The notes under the pieces are model-generated. The model searched no databases. It was not told the DNA's origin and worked only from the letters and a program-made list of their open reading frames with translations. A stretch of 64,000 bases of DNA from Bryobacterales bacterium (GTDB taxonomy: Bacteria > Acidobacteriota > Terriglobia > Bryobacterales > UBA6623). Of this stretch, positions 1 through 10,817 are shown one piece after another. The first letter of the stretch is position 1. Each line of letters begins with the position of its first letter. The translations under genes and the position numbers were made by a program. Location: positions 173,625 to 237,624 of the forward strand of contig CBDDCT010000007.1 of the NCBI GenBank assembly GCA_965226185.1, read 5' to 3'.

Positions 1-389
1 TAGGGCGGCAAGTAATCCAGCTCAAAGCCAGGTGCGTTTTCCTCGCGCCACGCTTTGTGCAGTCGGGCATGGTGGTACCTGGCGTTGTCAGCGATGACCG
101 CCACGCGGCGCCCTCCAATGCGGCTCACCTGCTGGAGTTGCTTCATGAATTCCCAAAAGGTCCCGGCATTGAATTTCCCCGTCTCGCGACAAGACCAAAA
201 CCGACCATCGCGTAGTCGCACGGCACCAAAATATCCGACGCTTCGCCGGGTCGGATGATGCAGCAGGATGGGATCCTTCGTCTCCGGAGGCACCCACATC
301 CGACAACGCGAGCCGTGCTGCTGAAAGTGCACTTCGTCGCTGGCCCAAAGGTCGACGGCCGGGTCGGCCATCAGCGCTTGGAGTTTTTT
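1..389 (-). CDS. IS630-family transposase ORFB (DDE domain), partial; runs off the window start; reached by a -1 frameshift from ORFA
   Basis: Minus-strand translation of 1..374 gives LMADPAVDLWASDEVHFQQHGSRCRMWVPPETKDPILLHHPTRRSVGYFGAVRLRDG...VIADNARYHHARLHKAWREENAPGFELDYLPPY, a classic IS630/Tc1-mariner DDE region. The frame opens immediately after the A8 run. Confidence 0.8.
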
Positions 390-913
390 TTATGCGTCTT
401 CTGCTGTTCCTCGTCGGCGCGAGCGATCTTGGGCCGCGGCTTGCGCAGCCGAAAGCCCAATTGCCGGAACAGACGCTGGCACTGACGCACGCCCACAGTG
501 ATGCCGTATTGTTGCTCGATCCAGACCGCCAACGTTTTGCCATCCCATAGATTTCCGCTCAGGCCTGCCTCCCGCGGCGTCTGACGAAGAGCAGCGTTGA
601 TCTCTTCGAGCTGCTGCTCATTCAACCGCGGGGGCCGCCCGGCCCGCTCTCCCTCGCGCAAGCCCGCCAAGCCTTTCTGCTCGAAACGACCCACCCAATA
701 TTCCACCGACCGTGGTGCGTCGCCCAGCAGCCTGGCCACCTGTGGGCAGGTCATTCCTTGGGCCACCAGCAGCACGCCGTGGAGGCGGTGGTCGTAGCGG
801 GAATCCAGGGAGCGTCGGATCTCATCCTGCAATCCAAGAACGATGTTTTCAGCGTCAGCAATGCGAAGTGGTCTCATTTCCCCATGAGAGCACAGCCTGC
901 ATACTATGCGCAA
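371..913 (-). CDS. IS630-family transposase ORFA (HTH DNA-binding part)
   Basis: 180-aa ORF with an HTH-containing N-terminus. It ends KKTHKKNSKR just after the A8 run, and the DDE frame continues in the -1 frame. Confidence 0.8.
   Translation of the reverse strand: MRIVCRLCSHGEMRPLRIADAENIVLGLQDEIRRSLDSRYDHRLHGVLLVAQGMTCPQVARLLGDAPRSVEYWVGRFEQKGLAGLREGERAGRPPRLNEQQLEEINAALRQTPREAGLSGNLWDGKTLAVWIEQQYGITVGVRQCQRLFRQLGFRLRKPRPKIARADEEQQKTHKKNSKR
384..391 (-). other. A8 slippery run (A_AAA_AAA on the minus strand); putative programmed -1 ribosomal frameshift site joining ORFA to ORFB
   Basis: TTTTTTTT on the plus strand at 384-391. Reading ORFA then slipping -1 on the A-run enters the DDE frame exactly here. 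Confidence 0.6.
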
Positions 914-917
914 TAAC

Positions 918-1208
918 TTATGACGTTATGTTTAGATCCTCGGATGGGGGAGCCAGCAAGCCCTCGGTCTCTGGTTTGTTCCCTCTCTGGGGACTTCGAG
1001 CAGAGGGGAGGCCGTCTTCTTCCATGGCTGGCAGCGGTGGGAGGCCTTCCCGCTGTAGCCGCTGGATCTCTTCAGCCGGGAATCGCCATTGCGAGCCGGT
1101 GAAGTCGGCATCAACCAGACCCGCCTCCGCCAACCGCCGGAGAGCATGAGCTGACACTCCCAAAACCTTTGCAGCCTGCCCTGATCGATATACAGTTCCA
1201 ACCGCCAT
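918..1208 (-). CDS. small excisionase/MerR-type HTH DNA-binding protein
   Basis: 96 aa with AKVLGVSAHALRRLAEAGLV, an HTH_17/excisionase-like motif. Its 3' end abuts the IS630 terminus. Confidence 0.5.
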   Translation of the reverse strand: MAVGTVYRSGQAAKVLGVSAHALRRLAEAGLVDADFTGSQWRFPAEEIQRLQREGLPPLPAMEEDGLPSARSPQRGNKPETEGLLAPPSEDLNITS

Positions 1209-1235
1209 TTCAAACCCCCTTTAACCGTTGATCCC

Positions 1236-1323
1236 TCCACGGTCCGTGCCCGAATCGACGAAATATCGACAAACCATGGACGAAATCCACGGTTCGTGCC
1301 CGTTTAGTGCCCGGTCCGTGAAC
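1236..1323. repeat. cluster of short direct repeats (tccacggtccgtgcccg / tccacggttcgtgcccg / gtgcccggtccgtgaac) upstream of the HTH gene
   Basis: Imperfect 16-17-bp direct repeats seen at 1236-1252, 1285-1302 and 1307-1323. This could be an operator-like array. Confidence 0.4.
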
Positions 1324-1558
1324 AGTCGTGAACGAACCATGCACAGACGCTGGAATTGTGTGCTGTTTCCTTTTGTTCTAACAGCTAATCCCGCAAGTGA
1401 ATACACAATCCGGCTGGAATCCAGCCTCTGACCCCTGTTAAAAACCTTCTGGCCAATTTGGCATGCTAGATGAGTCCCTAAGGGCCGTTGGATCATTTCA
1501 CGGTCATCTGCCTTCCGAAGGGGGAAACGTAACTACCTGAGGAACCTTCTGTTGCCGT

Positions 1559-3212
1559 CAATCATCCTAAAAACGGCGGTTGAATAGGCGGTCCAGGGGG
1601 CAAGTGGTTGATACTGTGGTGGATGGCGAAACCACGACGCACAAAGCGGCTTCACCCGTTGGGGGAGCCCCAAAACGCAATCACAAAGCAGAGCAGTGGC
1701 AGCCGGGCGGTGGACACCTACGGCGGCAAGGTGCACCTGCGCTGGGACGCCGAGGCGGCGGTGACCGCCTACGGGCAGATGCCCTACTTCATCGAGTTCC
1801 TCAAAACCGCCGGGTTGTTCGACGACTGGGTCGCCGATTGTCCGCTCGACTACCGCAGCCCCAATGCGCCGGCGGAGCGCGACGTGTTGGGCACCCTGCT
1901 GCTGAGCCTGCTGGCCGGACATCGCCGCTATGCGCACATCAGCTCGATCCGCGGCGACGGGGTCAACCCGCGGTTGCTGGGGATGAGCAAGGTCGTCAGC
2001 GAAGACTCGGCGCGGCGGGCGTTTCAAGGGGCCGACGAGAAGGCCTGCGGCGACTGGCTGCGCGAGCATCCGCGGCGGAGCTACGAGGCGCTGCTGGAAG
2101 AGCCTTGGATCCTCGACGTCGACTCCAGCGTCAAGCCGCTCTACGGGCGCCAGCAGGGCGCCAAGCGCGGTTACAACCCGGGCAAGCCGGGTCGCCCTTC
2201 GCATGTCTATCACACTTACTTCGTGGCCAACCCGCGGCTGCTGCTGGAGGTGGAAATGCAGCCGGGCAACCAGACGGCGTCCTCGTATGCGCAGCCGGAG
2301 TTGTGGAAGTTTCTCGACGGCTTGGCGCCTGAGCAGCGGCCGGCGCTGCTGCGCGGCGATATCGGCTGGGGGACGGAGCGGATGATGCTGGGCGCCGAAC
2401 AGCGCGAGCTTCCTTACTTATTCAAGTTGCGGCAGAGCCGGGGCGTGAAGGGACTGTTGGAGAGGCTGTTTCGCAGCGAGGAATGGGAGCCGGCGGGAAG
2501 AGGCTGGCAAGGGATTCGCACCGAGTTGCGGCTCCAAGGCTGGAGCCGGCCCCGGCCGCTGGTGGTGTTGCGGCGCCAGATTCGCAACGATCTGGCGCTC
2601 ACTCAGCCCGACCCGGCTGCGCCGAAGCAATTGTCGCTGGGCTGGGCCGAGGTGGTCGACCACGGCGTGCTCTACGAGTACGCGCTGCTGGTGACCTCAC
2701 TCGACGAGGAGGTGGCGACGATCGCGCAGCACTATCGCGAGCGGGCGGACGCGGAGAACAACTTTGACGAATTGAAGAACCAGTGGAGCTGGTCGGGTTT
2801 CACGACCCAGGACCTGCTGCGTTGTCAGGTGCTGGCGCGCATCGCGGCGCTGGTGTACAACTGGTGGACGCTGTTTACGCGGCTGGCGATCCCCGCCAAG
2901 CATGGCGAGGCGATCACGACGCGGCCGCTGCTGCTGCACGGCATTGCCCGGCGGACGCGCCATGGCCACCAAACGACCGTGACGATTACGAGCTTGCACG
3001 CCAGGGCGCGGCGGATGAAGGCGGCTTTGCAGCGGGCCAGCGCCTTTCTGCAATGGCTGCGAGCAACTGCGGAGCAGTTGACCCGAGCCCAACGCTGGCG
3101 ACTGATCCTGAGCTGGATTTTCCGCCAATTCCTCCGCGGCAGAGTCCTCGGCGCCCCCTTGTATGTCACCGATGCGCCCTCCTAACTGCCGTTTTTAGGT
3201 TGATCGGCAAAC
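1559..3212 (+). mobile_element. IS element (IS1380/IS4-superfamily-like), ~1.65 kb, with ~22-bp terminal inverted repeats
   Basis: Left aatcatcctaaaaacggcggtt (about 1559) matches the reverse complement of right aactgccgtttttaggttgatc (about 3188-3210). It contains a single transposase ORF. Confidence 0.6.
1608..3185 (+). CDS. DDE transposase (IS1380-like; motifs GYNPGKPGRPSH, DAENNFDELKNQW, LVYNWW)
   Basis: 525-aa ORF with IS1380/IS4-type signature blocks. The family assignment is from motif memory only. Confidence 0.75.
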   Translation: MILWWMAKPRRTKRLHPLGEPQNAITKQSSGSRAVDTYGGKVHLRWDAEAAVTAYGQMPYFIEFLKTAGLFDDWVADCPLDYRSPNAPAERDVLGTLLLSLLAGHRRYAHISSIRGDGVNPRLLGMSKVVSEDSARRAFQGADEKACGDWLREHPRRSYEALLEEPWILDVDSSVKPLYGRQQGAKRGYNPGKPGRPSHVYHTYFVANPRLLLEVEMQPGNQTASSYAQPELWKFLDGLAPEQRPALLRGDIGWGTERMMLGAEQRELPYLFKLRQSRGVKGLLERLFRSEEWEPAGRGWQGIRTELRLQGWSRPRPLVVLRRQIRNDLALTQPDPAAPKQLSLGWAEVVDHGVLYEYALLVTSLDEEVATIAQHYRERADAENNFDELKNQWSWSGFTTQDLLRCQVLARIAALVYNWWTLFTRLAIPAKHGEAITTRPLLLHGIARRTRHGHQTTVTITSLHARARRMKAALQRASAFLQWLRATAEQLTRAQRWRLILSWIFRQFLRGRVLGAPLYVTDAPS

Positions 3213-3522
3213 AACGCACGGATGGATGAAACCGACCCAGGCTGAGGGCGGGTGCAACATACCTCCAGTCGAAACGAGAGAACCGGGGAGGAATCTTTAA
3301 CACGTTAAAGATCTAAGGACGAAACCCGGCCCGAGATGGCAGCGGCAATTCAGCCGGACAGTAAACGCTGCGCCGGTAGGGAGGATCTATCTGGCATAAT
3401 TGACGTATTCCTGTCGGAAGTGCCTGGGATCTTGGCTGAGGATGTCAAGACCCATGGTCTGCACCTACGTGCTGAACCGCGGTGGTCAAGGGGTCCGCAG
3501 CCCACTCGACAGGCACAAGGCG

Positions 3523-6376
3523 TTACGGCTCGAACCGCTCGTCCTCTTCCTTCTTCCGCCACTCGGCGGCTGTCGCTTCACTAGACGCCAATTCTCTTTT
3601 CGCCCATCTGCGTATCACTGGTTCGGAGTGATTCAAAAACGCCTTGGCAGTCCTGGCGTGTGCTTCATGTTGGGATGAGATCTCTCCGCTGAATACCTGC
3701 AGGTCGTGCCGCCCAGTCGAAAACCTATCGAAGACTCGCTCATCCTCTCCATAAGCGGAGAGAACTTGTTCGGTCAGCTCTGGAACGACGGGCTTGCCGT
3801 CTGCAGTCACCGATGGAGACGGTAAGTGGTAGGCAATCGCGCGGGCCCCTTCAACTCCCGCGTCACCAAGCCAGTCCAAGATCACATCGACCGGCAGCGA
3901 GGTGAATATTCCTCTTCTCGGGCCAATCAACCACCGCCAACCCTGATCAGGATCAAGAATCGCCTCTCCAATGATCTTCATAACTATCTGAGAGTGACGA
4001 GCGGCAAGTTTCGCAAGAACTGAGGTGGCATAGTCACTCTTTTTCAGATCCTCGCCCGCGATTGAGCTGGCCGCGACCGACGCGGTCCACTCCGGCTCGG
4101 TTTCGGAGAGCAAGGAGAGAGACTCCTTCCACCAGAAACCAGAGCCATCGTCAATTTTGGCACTGCGTTCCAGGGTTCCCTTGATCGTCGAAAGCGTCGC
4201 GGCGTCCTCTTTGGGTGGTTCTCCTCGTGCGACTTGAGCCTTCAGCCTGCTACCAATGAACTCGGTCGCCTGTTTTAGCTGGGCCACTGGGCACCCCGGA
4301 GGAGCCAACACCCTCAGCGCAGCGGCGAACTGCTCGGTGGAAGCGGAATTGAGGACATTTCCGTAATGCAGGTATTGAAGGTAACCGGGCGATAGCTTCC
4401 CGGTCGCAACAAGACGCACAAGGCGCGTTATAGGGTCAGTGACTTCCAGCCCGGCAACTATGATTTCGGCAGCCATCTCGGGGTCTTCGTCTTCTAACCG
4501 ATCAAGAGTCGCGTTGATCAAACTCTGCTGCGCGGGGGAACTATTTAGGAGACTGCCGACATAGCCACGGATAAGAGCTGAAGACCGTGATCGCCGTGAA
4601 CCGGCCAAGATGACATCGAAGAACGCAGCGTTGGAATCTTTCTGGCCTAAGGAAAAACCAAGCGACGACGCACTTCGAGCTTCCTCCGAACACAGATAGC
4701 CCACGGTTGATTCAAGGAGAGAGGGATTCGTGACCATCTCGTCCACCAGCGGTTCGATCTCCGACCCCTGGCTGTGAACGTTTTCCCGAATGCCATGGTG
4801 CCAAACATCCTTGCCCACGACGCTCCGCAAGCGCCCAGCAAAGTCCTTGGGGATCAGGTCTTTTCGCCAATCTCTTACCCTTTGGCAATACTCAACGAAC
4901 GCCGGTGCCGGATTCGCTCCTTTCCCGCACTCGTACTGGAGGTAATCGTCGATCTGTTCCAACCACGGTGCGAGTAGAGCCTCTGACATCCGGTGTTTTT
5001 CGAGGATGCTCCCCAGACGGTCAAGCTGCCCCCACGACAAAAGGGCCCTCAGATGAACGATGAGGTAATTCCAAGCTGCGGATGCCAGCGGATCATCCTT
5101 GCTCAAAAGTTCCTGTATTAGTGCCATTCCTGCTGAAAGGCACGCATCCCATTCCTCTTGCGTTTTCGGTGTCCAATCAGCGGGTGGGATCCTACCGCCA
5201 ACAAGGCTCGGGGAGCTCATCCGAGTAACATGGGCTACCATCAAGTGGTCGAGCCCACCAAGCGCTAGGTCCCTTTCGGTGGGATCACTCGACAAAACAA
5301 CCTCTCGAAAAAGCGGAAAGCGATCGAGGAACGGCACGGCAGTTCCGGGAAGATAGACGCGGAACAACTGCCTCCAAATACCTGTGGCATTGTTCCCAAT
5401 ACCGGGTTCGGTTTCCGCCAGAGCCAGCTTCCGCAAGATGAGCTCCGCGCTTGGGAAGTATTCCGGAAAGGGGGCCAACCGCTCGGCTGCCCAGACGATG
5501 CTTCGGCGCACTCCGGTTCCCCCGAATTCGCTCCCCTTGATCGCGAGCAATTGCTCATTTGAGGCTTCCCTGACCAGCCTTTCCAACTGCGGGAGATAGG
5601 TGGTGGGATCTGTCTCAAGCAGGCCGAGAAGCTGGTCTACCTTGTTTTCATCAGCCAGATCGGTGGGAACAAGGTCCGCAACTCTTTTCCAAAAGTGTGC
5701 GCTCACAAAAGAACGCACCTCCTGGTTGGCTAAGCCACGAACTCGTAATTCGAACGAGGAGAGCAATAGCTGAGGTATGCGATCGAGAAATTTCCGAGGG
5801 TTCGGTTCGGCCCACCTTGTCCAAGCGTGTTGAAAAGCGATCTCGGCGATTATCTGAGGCGTCACGTATACATAACGCGGAGTCGAGGCCAGGAATCCGG
5901 GAGCGTCCTTTAACCGACTCGCGGCGTTACGTATTGACGCAGGATCGACGCCAGTGAGTTCCGCCAGGCACTCCAGTTGCTCCGCGACGTCGTCTTCCCA
6001 ACCGACACGATGCAGTAACGCCACGGCTTCAACAACCTGCTGGTCTTCTTTCAGCCGGTCGCGGTAGTAATCCTCAAGAAGGGCTAGCCCGGGGCCCAGA
6101 CTGCCTGCGTGGTCCATCTGGGAATCGAGCTTGCAGAGGTCCGCGGCGAGCCGAATGTAACCATCAGAGCTGTGTGCGTAAGTGCGTCTCCTCTCGTGGG
6201 GAACCATCGTGAAGTTGTTCTCAAGGATCTTTTCTACGGACGGAACCGGGATCTTCTCAAGCCAAATACCAGGGGCTCCGCCTGGTGAGGGTTCTCCCGC
6301 GTTATCGATCGCAATTACTCTGATGTTCGATCCACTACCCTGGACGATTTTTCGAAGAGCTTCCCGCCCTTGAACC
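3523..6376 (-). pseudogene. C-terminal ~950 codons of an IS-disrupted Mrr-nuclease/P-loop NTPase gene (long alpha-helical region, no recognisable catalytic motif)
   Basis: The 894-aa ORF (3523..6207) has an open frame extending to 6390, where it meets the IS4 inverted repeat. It joins in frame to 7793..8640 once the IS and one TSD copy are removed. Confidence 0.75.
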
Positions 6377-7792
6377 CACTGCTGTCCAAATTAGCTGAGC
6401 GGAGCGGGTTCGGCTGCTGAAAACACGCCAGAAAGCCCCGCCAGGAGGCCGATCTGGGAACCAGGTTGCCGGTTTGGACAAGATAGAAATCATGCTGCTG
6501 TCCCAATTAGGCCTCCATTCCCGCCAGTAATAATTGCTGTGGCGACTCGGGTTCGCTGCCCGGCGGCGGGTGAAACGGTTCGTCCAGCCAGGCGAACAAT
6601 TCGCGGTGCACAAACAACTGCTGCCGCAACAAAGCGACCAGATTGGACAAGCTCCAGCCCCAACGCGCCCGCAGCTTTAAGTACCGCAGCAGCAAGATCG
6701 CGATCAGCGCCGTCCAGATCTGGATCTTCAGCGCGTTCGCCGAGGTGCCCACGAAGGTCTTCACCCGCAAGTTCTGCTTGAGAGCCTTGAAAAACAGCTC
6801 CACTTGCCAGCGGTCTTGATAAATGGCGGCAATCGTTGCGGCCGCCAACCCCAGGTGATTCGTCAAGAACACGAGCGTGCGCTGCTGCTTGGCGTCGAAG
6901 TATTCGATGCGGCGGAACACTACCTCGGAGCCGCTGGCGGCCAGCGAGGGAAAGAAGATCACTTCGTCGCGGCGCACGCCTCCGGGACGGCGCGGCAACG
7001 GGCGCTGTTCGAGAACCTCGTAGTTGGCCCCGCGTTTCAATCGTGTGACAAAGAAAACGCCCCGCTCGCTCAGCTCGGCGAACCAGTCGTAGTCGTTGTA
7101 ACCGCGGTCGAAGACCACGATCGTGCCGCGGTCGAACGACATTTTGCGGGCCGGCGCCAGGTCGGGCGTCTTGGCGTCGGTGACCACGCAGAAGCTGGGC
7201 AGGTAGCCGTCGTGATCGAGTACCAGATGGAGCTTGACGGCGCCCTTGGTGCGCTGGAACTGGGCCCAATCAAACAGCGAGGCGCACAGATCGATGACGC
7301 TGGCGTCCAGACTCAGCAGCTTGTTTTTGAAACGGAACTTGTGGCCCGGCGCCGCGCCGCGGCACTTCGCCAGCAGTTGATGAAAGACCGTTTCGTAGAT
7401 CTGCCAAGGGCGTTGCCGGTTGGCGTAGGCCAGCGTCGAGCGCGGCGGTGCGGCGGACAAGCCCAGGTGCCGCAGCTTGCCTTCGCTGGCCGCCAGACCG
7501 CCGCAAATCTCACGCAACGACTGGGCGCGGCCGAGCTGGCAGAACAGCATGGCGACGAACTGTCCCCAGCAAGTGAAGCCGCGGGCGTGGCGCTCCCCGC
7601 GATGCTGGCGGACGGCCTGTTCAAACTCCGAACGCGGGAACAGCTTTAACAATTGAGAGAAAATACTGCATACTTGACTCATGGCGGGGCCTCCTCGGGC
7701 GGGTTGGTTCATAGGCCTGAACCCAATCCCAACCTAACAGAGGTTCCGCCTCCCCGGCTTACCAATTCAAAACGCTAATTTGGACAAGAGTG
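6377..7792 (-). mobile_element. IS4-family insertion sequence (~1.4 kb) with 9-bp target-site duplication CCTTGAACC
   Basis: Inverted repeats cactgctgtccaaattagc (left) and cactcttgtccaaattagc (right, reverse complement). Direct repeat ccttgaacc at 6368-6376 and 7793-7801. Confidence 0.85.
6507..7712 (-). CDS. IS4-family DDE transposase
   Basis: 401 aa. The N-terminus FSQLLKLFPRSEFEQAVRQHRGERHARGFTCWGQFVAMLFCQL and the blocks SLDASVIDL and FDRGYNDYDWF are typical of IS4 transposases. Confidence 0.85.
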   Translation of the reverse strand: MNQPARGGPAMSQVCSIFSQLLKLFPRSEFEQAVRQHRGERHARGFTCWGQFVAMLFCQLGRAQSLREICGGLAASEGKLRHLGLSAAPPRSTLAYANRQRPWQIYETVFHQLLAKCRGAAPGHKFRFKNKLLSLDASVIDLCASLFDWAQFQRTKGAVKLHLVLDHDGYLPSFCVVTDAKTPDLAPARKMSFDRGTIVVFDRGYNDYDWFAELSERGVFFVTRLKRGANYEVLEQRPLPRRPGGVRRDEVIFFPSLAASGSEVVFRRIEYFDAKQQRTLVFLTNHLGLAAATIAAIYQDRWQVELFFKALKQNLRVKTFVGTSANALKIQIWTALIAILLLRYLKLRARWGWSLSNLVALLRQQLFVHRELFAWLDEPFHPPPGSEPESPQQLLLAGMEA

Positions 7793-8640
7793 CCTTGAAC
7801 CGAACACTCGTCAGCCACCAGGATCGCCGCCATACGTCCTTGATTCACGAGCCAGGCGCCTATTTCTTGAGCTTTCTTCTCGTCGTTCGTGACGACGACG
7901 AGTTGCGAGGCTCCATCAGTCTGCCGAATTGCCTCAAACACTAGTCTGGTCTTGCCAACGCCCGCCGAACCCTGGACAGTCAGGATCGGGTCTGCCGGAG
8001 GAACTGGAAAACAAACGTGAGTTCGAATGGCTTGAAGGTACTGTTCCCATCCTGGCGGCACGACATACTCGGGCGTGACAGATGTCTCACTTTTTTCCCA
8101 CGCTTGCCAGTGCAGAGCAATCGTCACTGGCCATTCGAAGAAGCTTCCCACAACACCGGGCAGCCTGTTGGCCCAATCAGCCAGGTCGGAAGCACTCAAC
8201 ACATAGCAGGTCTTTGCTGAGGGATTGATGCTCGTGGCTTTTTCATTGAGCGCCTTCTCTAGCTTTTCCTTCTTCTCCGGAGTCAGTTCGCTGCAGACAC
8301 AAATTCGGTATCCGTACCCTTCTTTCACAAGCTGCGCTGCATAGCGCTTCTCAATTTCCTTACAGACAGAATCCTCTGTGATTCCTTTGGACCCTACAGC
8401 CTTGTATTGCCAGGCGCTGGGGCACCTCAGCCTTCCCGTTTTATCTACATCCGCCCCCTGATTTATTTGGGCATCTACACCCCCATCCCCGACGTTCTGC
8501 TGCCGACTAGTACTAATTGCGGAGTCTGGAATACCGTATTTGAAGCTCTGGGCTCGGAGTAGCGTATTGACAAAGCCCGCGAATGGCTCGCCACCTCCGC
8601 CGCGGAGCGACCGGAGTTCAGTAGGAGTTATAGTCCACAA
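7759..8640 (-). pseudogene. N-terminal part of the disrupted gene: Mrr_cat-like PD-(D/E)xK nuclease domain + P-loop NTPase (Walker A GSAGVGKT, Walker B AILVADE). The last 10 codons and the stop are IS-derived
   Basis: FAGFVNTLLRAQSF...GDGGVDAQI...AWQYKAVGSKGITEDSVCKEI matches the Mrr restriction-endonuclease catalytic layout (DGGxD ... QxK). Walker A/B motifs lie at aa ~217 and ~272. The TTG start is from the ORF track. Confidence 0.7.
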
Positions 8641-8974
8641 GCGTCACTCTAGTTCTTGCGCCGGGGCTCTCGCAGCTACCAGGTTGCACAGGAGCGCAAA
8701 GACGGCAACCCCTGGGCGCAAAATGGTGACTCCCGCCCTCGGCAGCATGCCATAGTGATGGAGTCTCGAAGAATCACGAACCAGCGTCATATGTCTACGG
8801 CAACGCTGCGCTGGCGGTAAGCTGCACAAAGCGTCGGGGCCAATCCTGGTGGCCCAGCTATCACATTTACGTCGCTACGCCGACGCCTTCGAATGCAATT
8901 GCAGTGACCTGATTGTCAAACGTAATTCTGTCCGCTACGTTAGCTTAGCCAGACGTACGAGGTACAACTACGTT

Positions 8975-10548
8975 CTAGCCAGGATTTCCATTTTGGCCCT
9001 GGCACGGCCACAGTATACGCGCGCGCTGCTCCGAATCCCACGTCTTTTCGCGCTGAACCTTGCACATCACCTCCGCCGGTAGGCGCCAGGGCTCGGCCGT
9101 CCGCTCACAGACGTTGATTGAGCGGGCGGAACGGCGCGCCAGCCGACACTGCTCCCTGCGAAACCTTTTGGGAGCCAAAAGCTGTTGATCCTCGCCCCGG
9201 GCAACGCTACCCGCTCGGCACAGGTAGCGCCAAGATCCTCCTCAGCATCTCGCCGAACAGCCGCCGGTTCAGATGCCCCTCCGCCAGCAGCAACCAGTAA
9301 TAGCGAGCATGCGTGACCAACCGACCGCCGGTCTTCATTAGCCGCTGCTGCAAGCTCGTCAGCGACCAGTTCTTGATCCGTTGCGGCAGCCCGAGCCTGC
9401 GCCATAGGTTCCCCAGGTTGTAGGCCAGCACGCTGAGTTGTAGCCGCACTTCGTCGGCCCGAAAGCGATGGCACGAAAGCCGCGTCCAGTGGGTGGCCTG
9501 TTTACCTTCTTTGATCCACTGCTCGGCGGTGCCGCGTTTGTTGTAGAACCGCACCACCGAGCGGCTGGGCAGGGTCATGTTCGTGACGATGAAGCCGATT
9601 CCAAGCGGGAACAGTTCGCCAGCGTGGTGCTCAACCTTTGCTACGATGCGCCGCGGCTTGCTCCAACTCGCGGCCTGATAGCGGAAGCTCTTGTAGCGCA
9701 CCAAGGGTTTCCGGCTCGGCCTTCCCGGCGGACGAAACAGGATGTCTTCGATCTCCAACTCCAGGCTCTTGTTGGCTGGAATGCGGATGGCGTACTGCAC
9801 TCCGCGTTCCTCCGCAGCCTCATAAATTTCCGGCTTGGCAAAGGCCGCATCGCCCTGGAAAGCGACCTGCTTGCCTTCGGCCTGCTGTCGTTCGATCTCC
9901 GGCAGCAATAGTTCATCCCAGTCCTCGGCGCTGTGGACATTCCCTGAGCGCAGCTTCGCCGCCAGACAGTCGCCGTGCTGGTTGAACAACAACAGCGGGT
10001 GGTAGCAGACCGACTCGAAATGGCCGTTGTAAGCGCTCCCTTCCTGTTGCCCATGGACGGGGCTCTCGGTCGAATCCATGTCCAGCACGACGCGCTCGGA
10101 TTCCTCGCCGGCTTCGGCTCGCCCGACCAGCTCCCGGTTCAACGCCATCAGCCCCAGCAAGTTGTCTTCGCTCGTCAGCGTTCCCGTCTCGAATACATGC
10201 AAGGTCGAGGTCAAGGCCGCGCCGCGATCCCAGTTCTTCTTCGAGCCGATCAAGCGGAAGGTCGGATCGGCCGAGACGCGCACGGCGTCGTTGAGGTCCT
10301 CGTAACCCGCCAAGCGGCTGTAGATCGAGTGACGCAGCAGATCGGCCAGCGGGAACTTCTTGTTTGAGCCCTGCGCGAATCCGTCAGGTGCTCATCGATC
10401 AGCTTGCCGAGACCGAGCCGTTCGTCCAGTTCGCGAACCAAATCAGGCCACCGTCGGAAGTGACCTGCGATCCCTGGAAATCGACTTTCAACAAACCATT
10501 GAAACTTAGCTGGAATGGCTTGGTTTGTTTTTCACGCATTGGGTGTTG
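8975..10548 (-). mobile_element. IS1380-family element, type 2, copy A (degenerate)
   Basis: Shares its ends with the copy at 28903..30466 (ccaggatttccattttgg... on one side, ...cattgggtgttga on the other). Its transposase carries at least 2 frameshifts. Confidence 0.7.
9207..10520 (-). pseudogene. IS1380-family transposase, frameshifted (fragments 9207..10313, 10250..10441 and an N-terminal piece to about 10520)
   Basis: About 85% identical to the intact 443-aa copy (29127..30458). It has a 1-nt deletion after GGLI and a second frame change before LAGYEDLND. Confidence 0.75.
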
Positions 10549-10817
10549 AGGGTGTTGACCTCCCTGGCGTCCTGATTAGGCTTGAACCCCTATCAATAAA
10601 GACGCTGAAGGGCGCTGGAAGGTCGGGAGGTCATACATCAAATTGAAAATGCGGACCTAAGTCCAAGCGCGGTGAGGCCCAGCCCGACTACGCTTGACGC
10701 GCTGTCCAAGCGGTTCTCCGCAATGTAAGTTATCGCCTGTTCCCACACGAACCAGATCCGCTCTCTATGTTACTTTAGCAGTCCCTTCCGGTCACGACCG
10801 GGCCGTGTTGCGCGGCT

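Noticed and set aside
1533-2332. Long overlapping ORFs inside transposase and other high-GC genes (for example 1533..2213-, 1580..2332+, 12176..12634-, 12897..13562-, 58183..59115-, 6490..7269-, 18963..19895+).
   Set aside because: Antisense or alternative-frame ORFs, typical of high-GC DNA. Each overlaps a gene with clear family signatures. Their amino-acid composition is Arg/Ala/Pro/Gly-skewed with no motifs.
8975-10548. Terminal inverted repeats and TSD for the IS1380 type-2 copies.
   Set aside because: The ends are clearly shared between copies (ccaggatttccattttgg... on one side, ...cattgggtgttga on the other), but I could not see convincing inverted-repeat symmetry or flanking direct repeats. 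The boundaries given are approximate.
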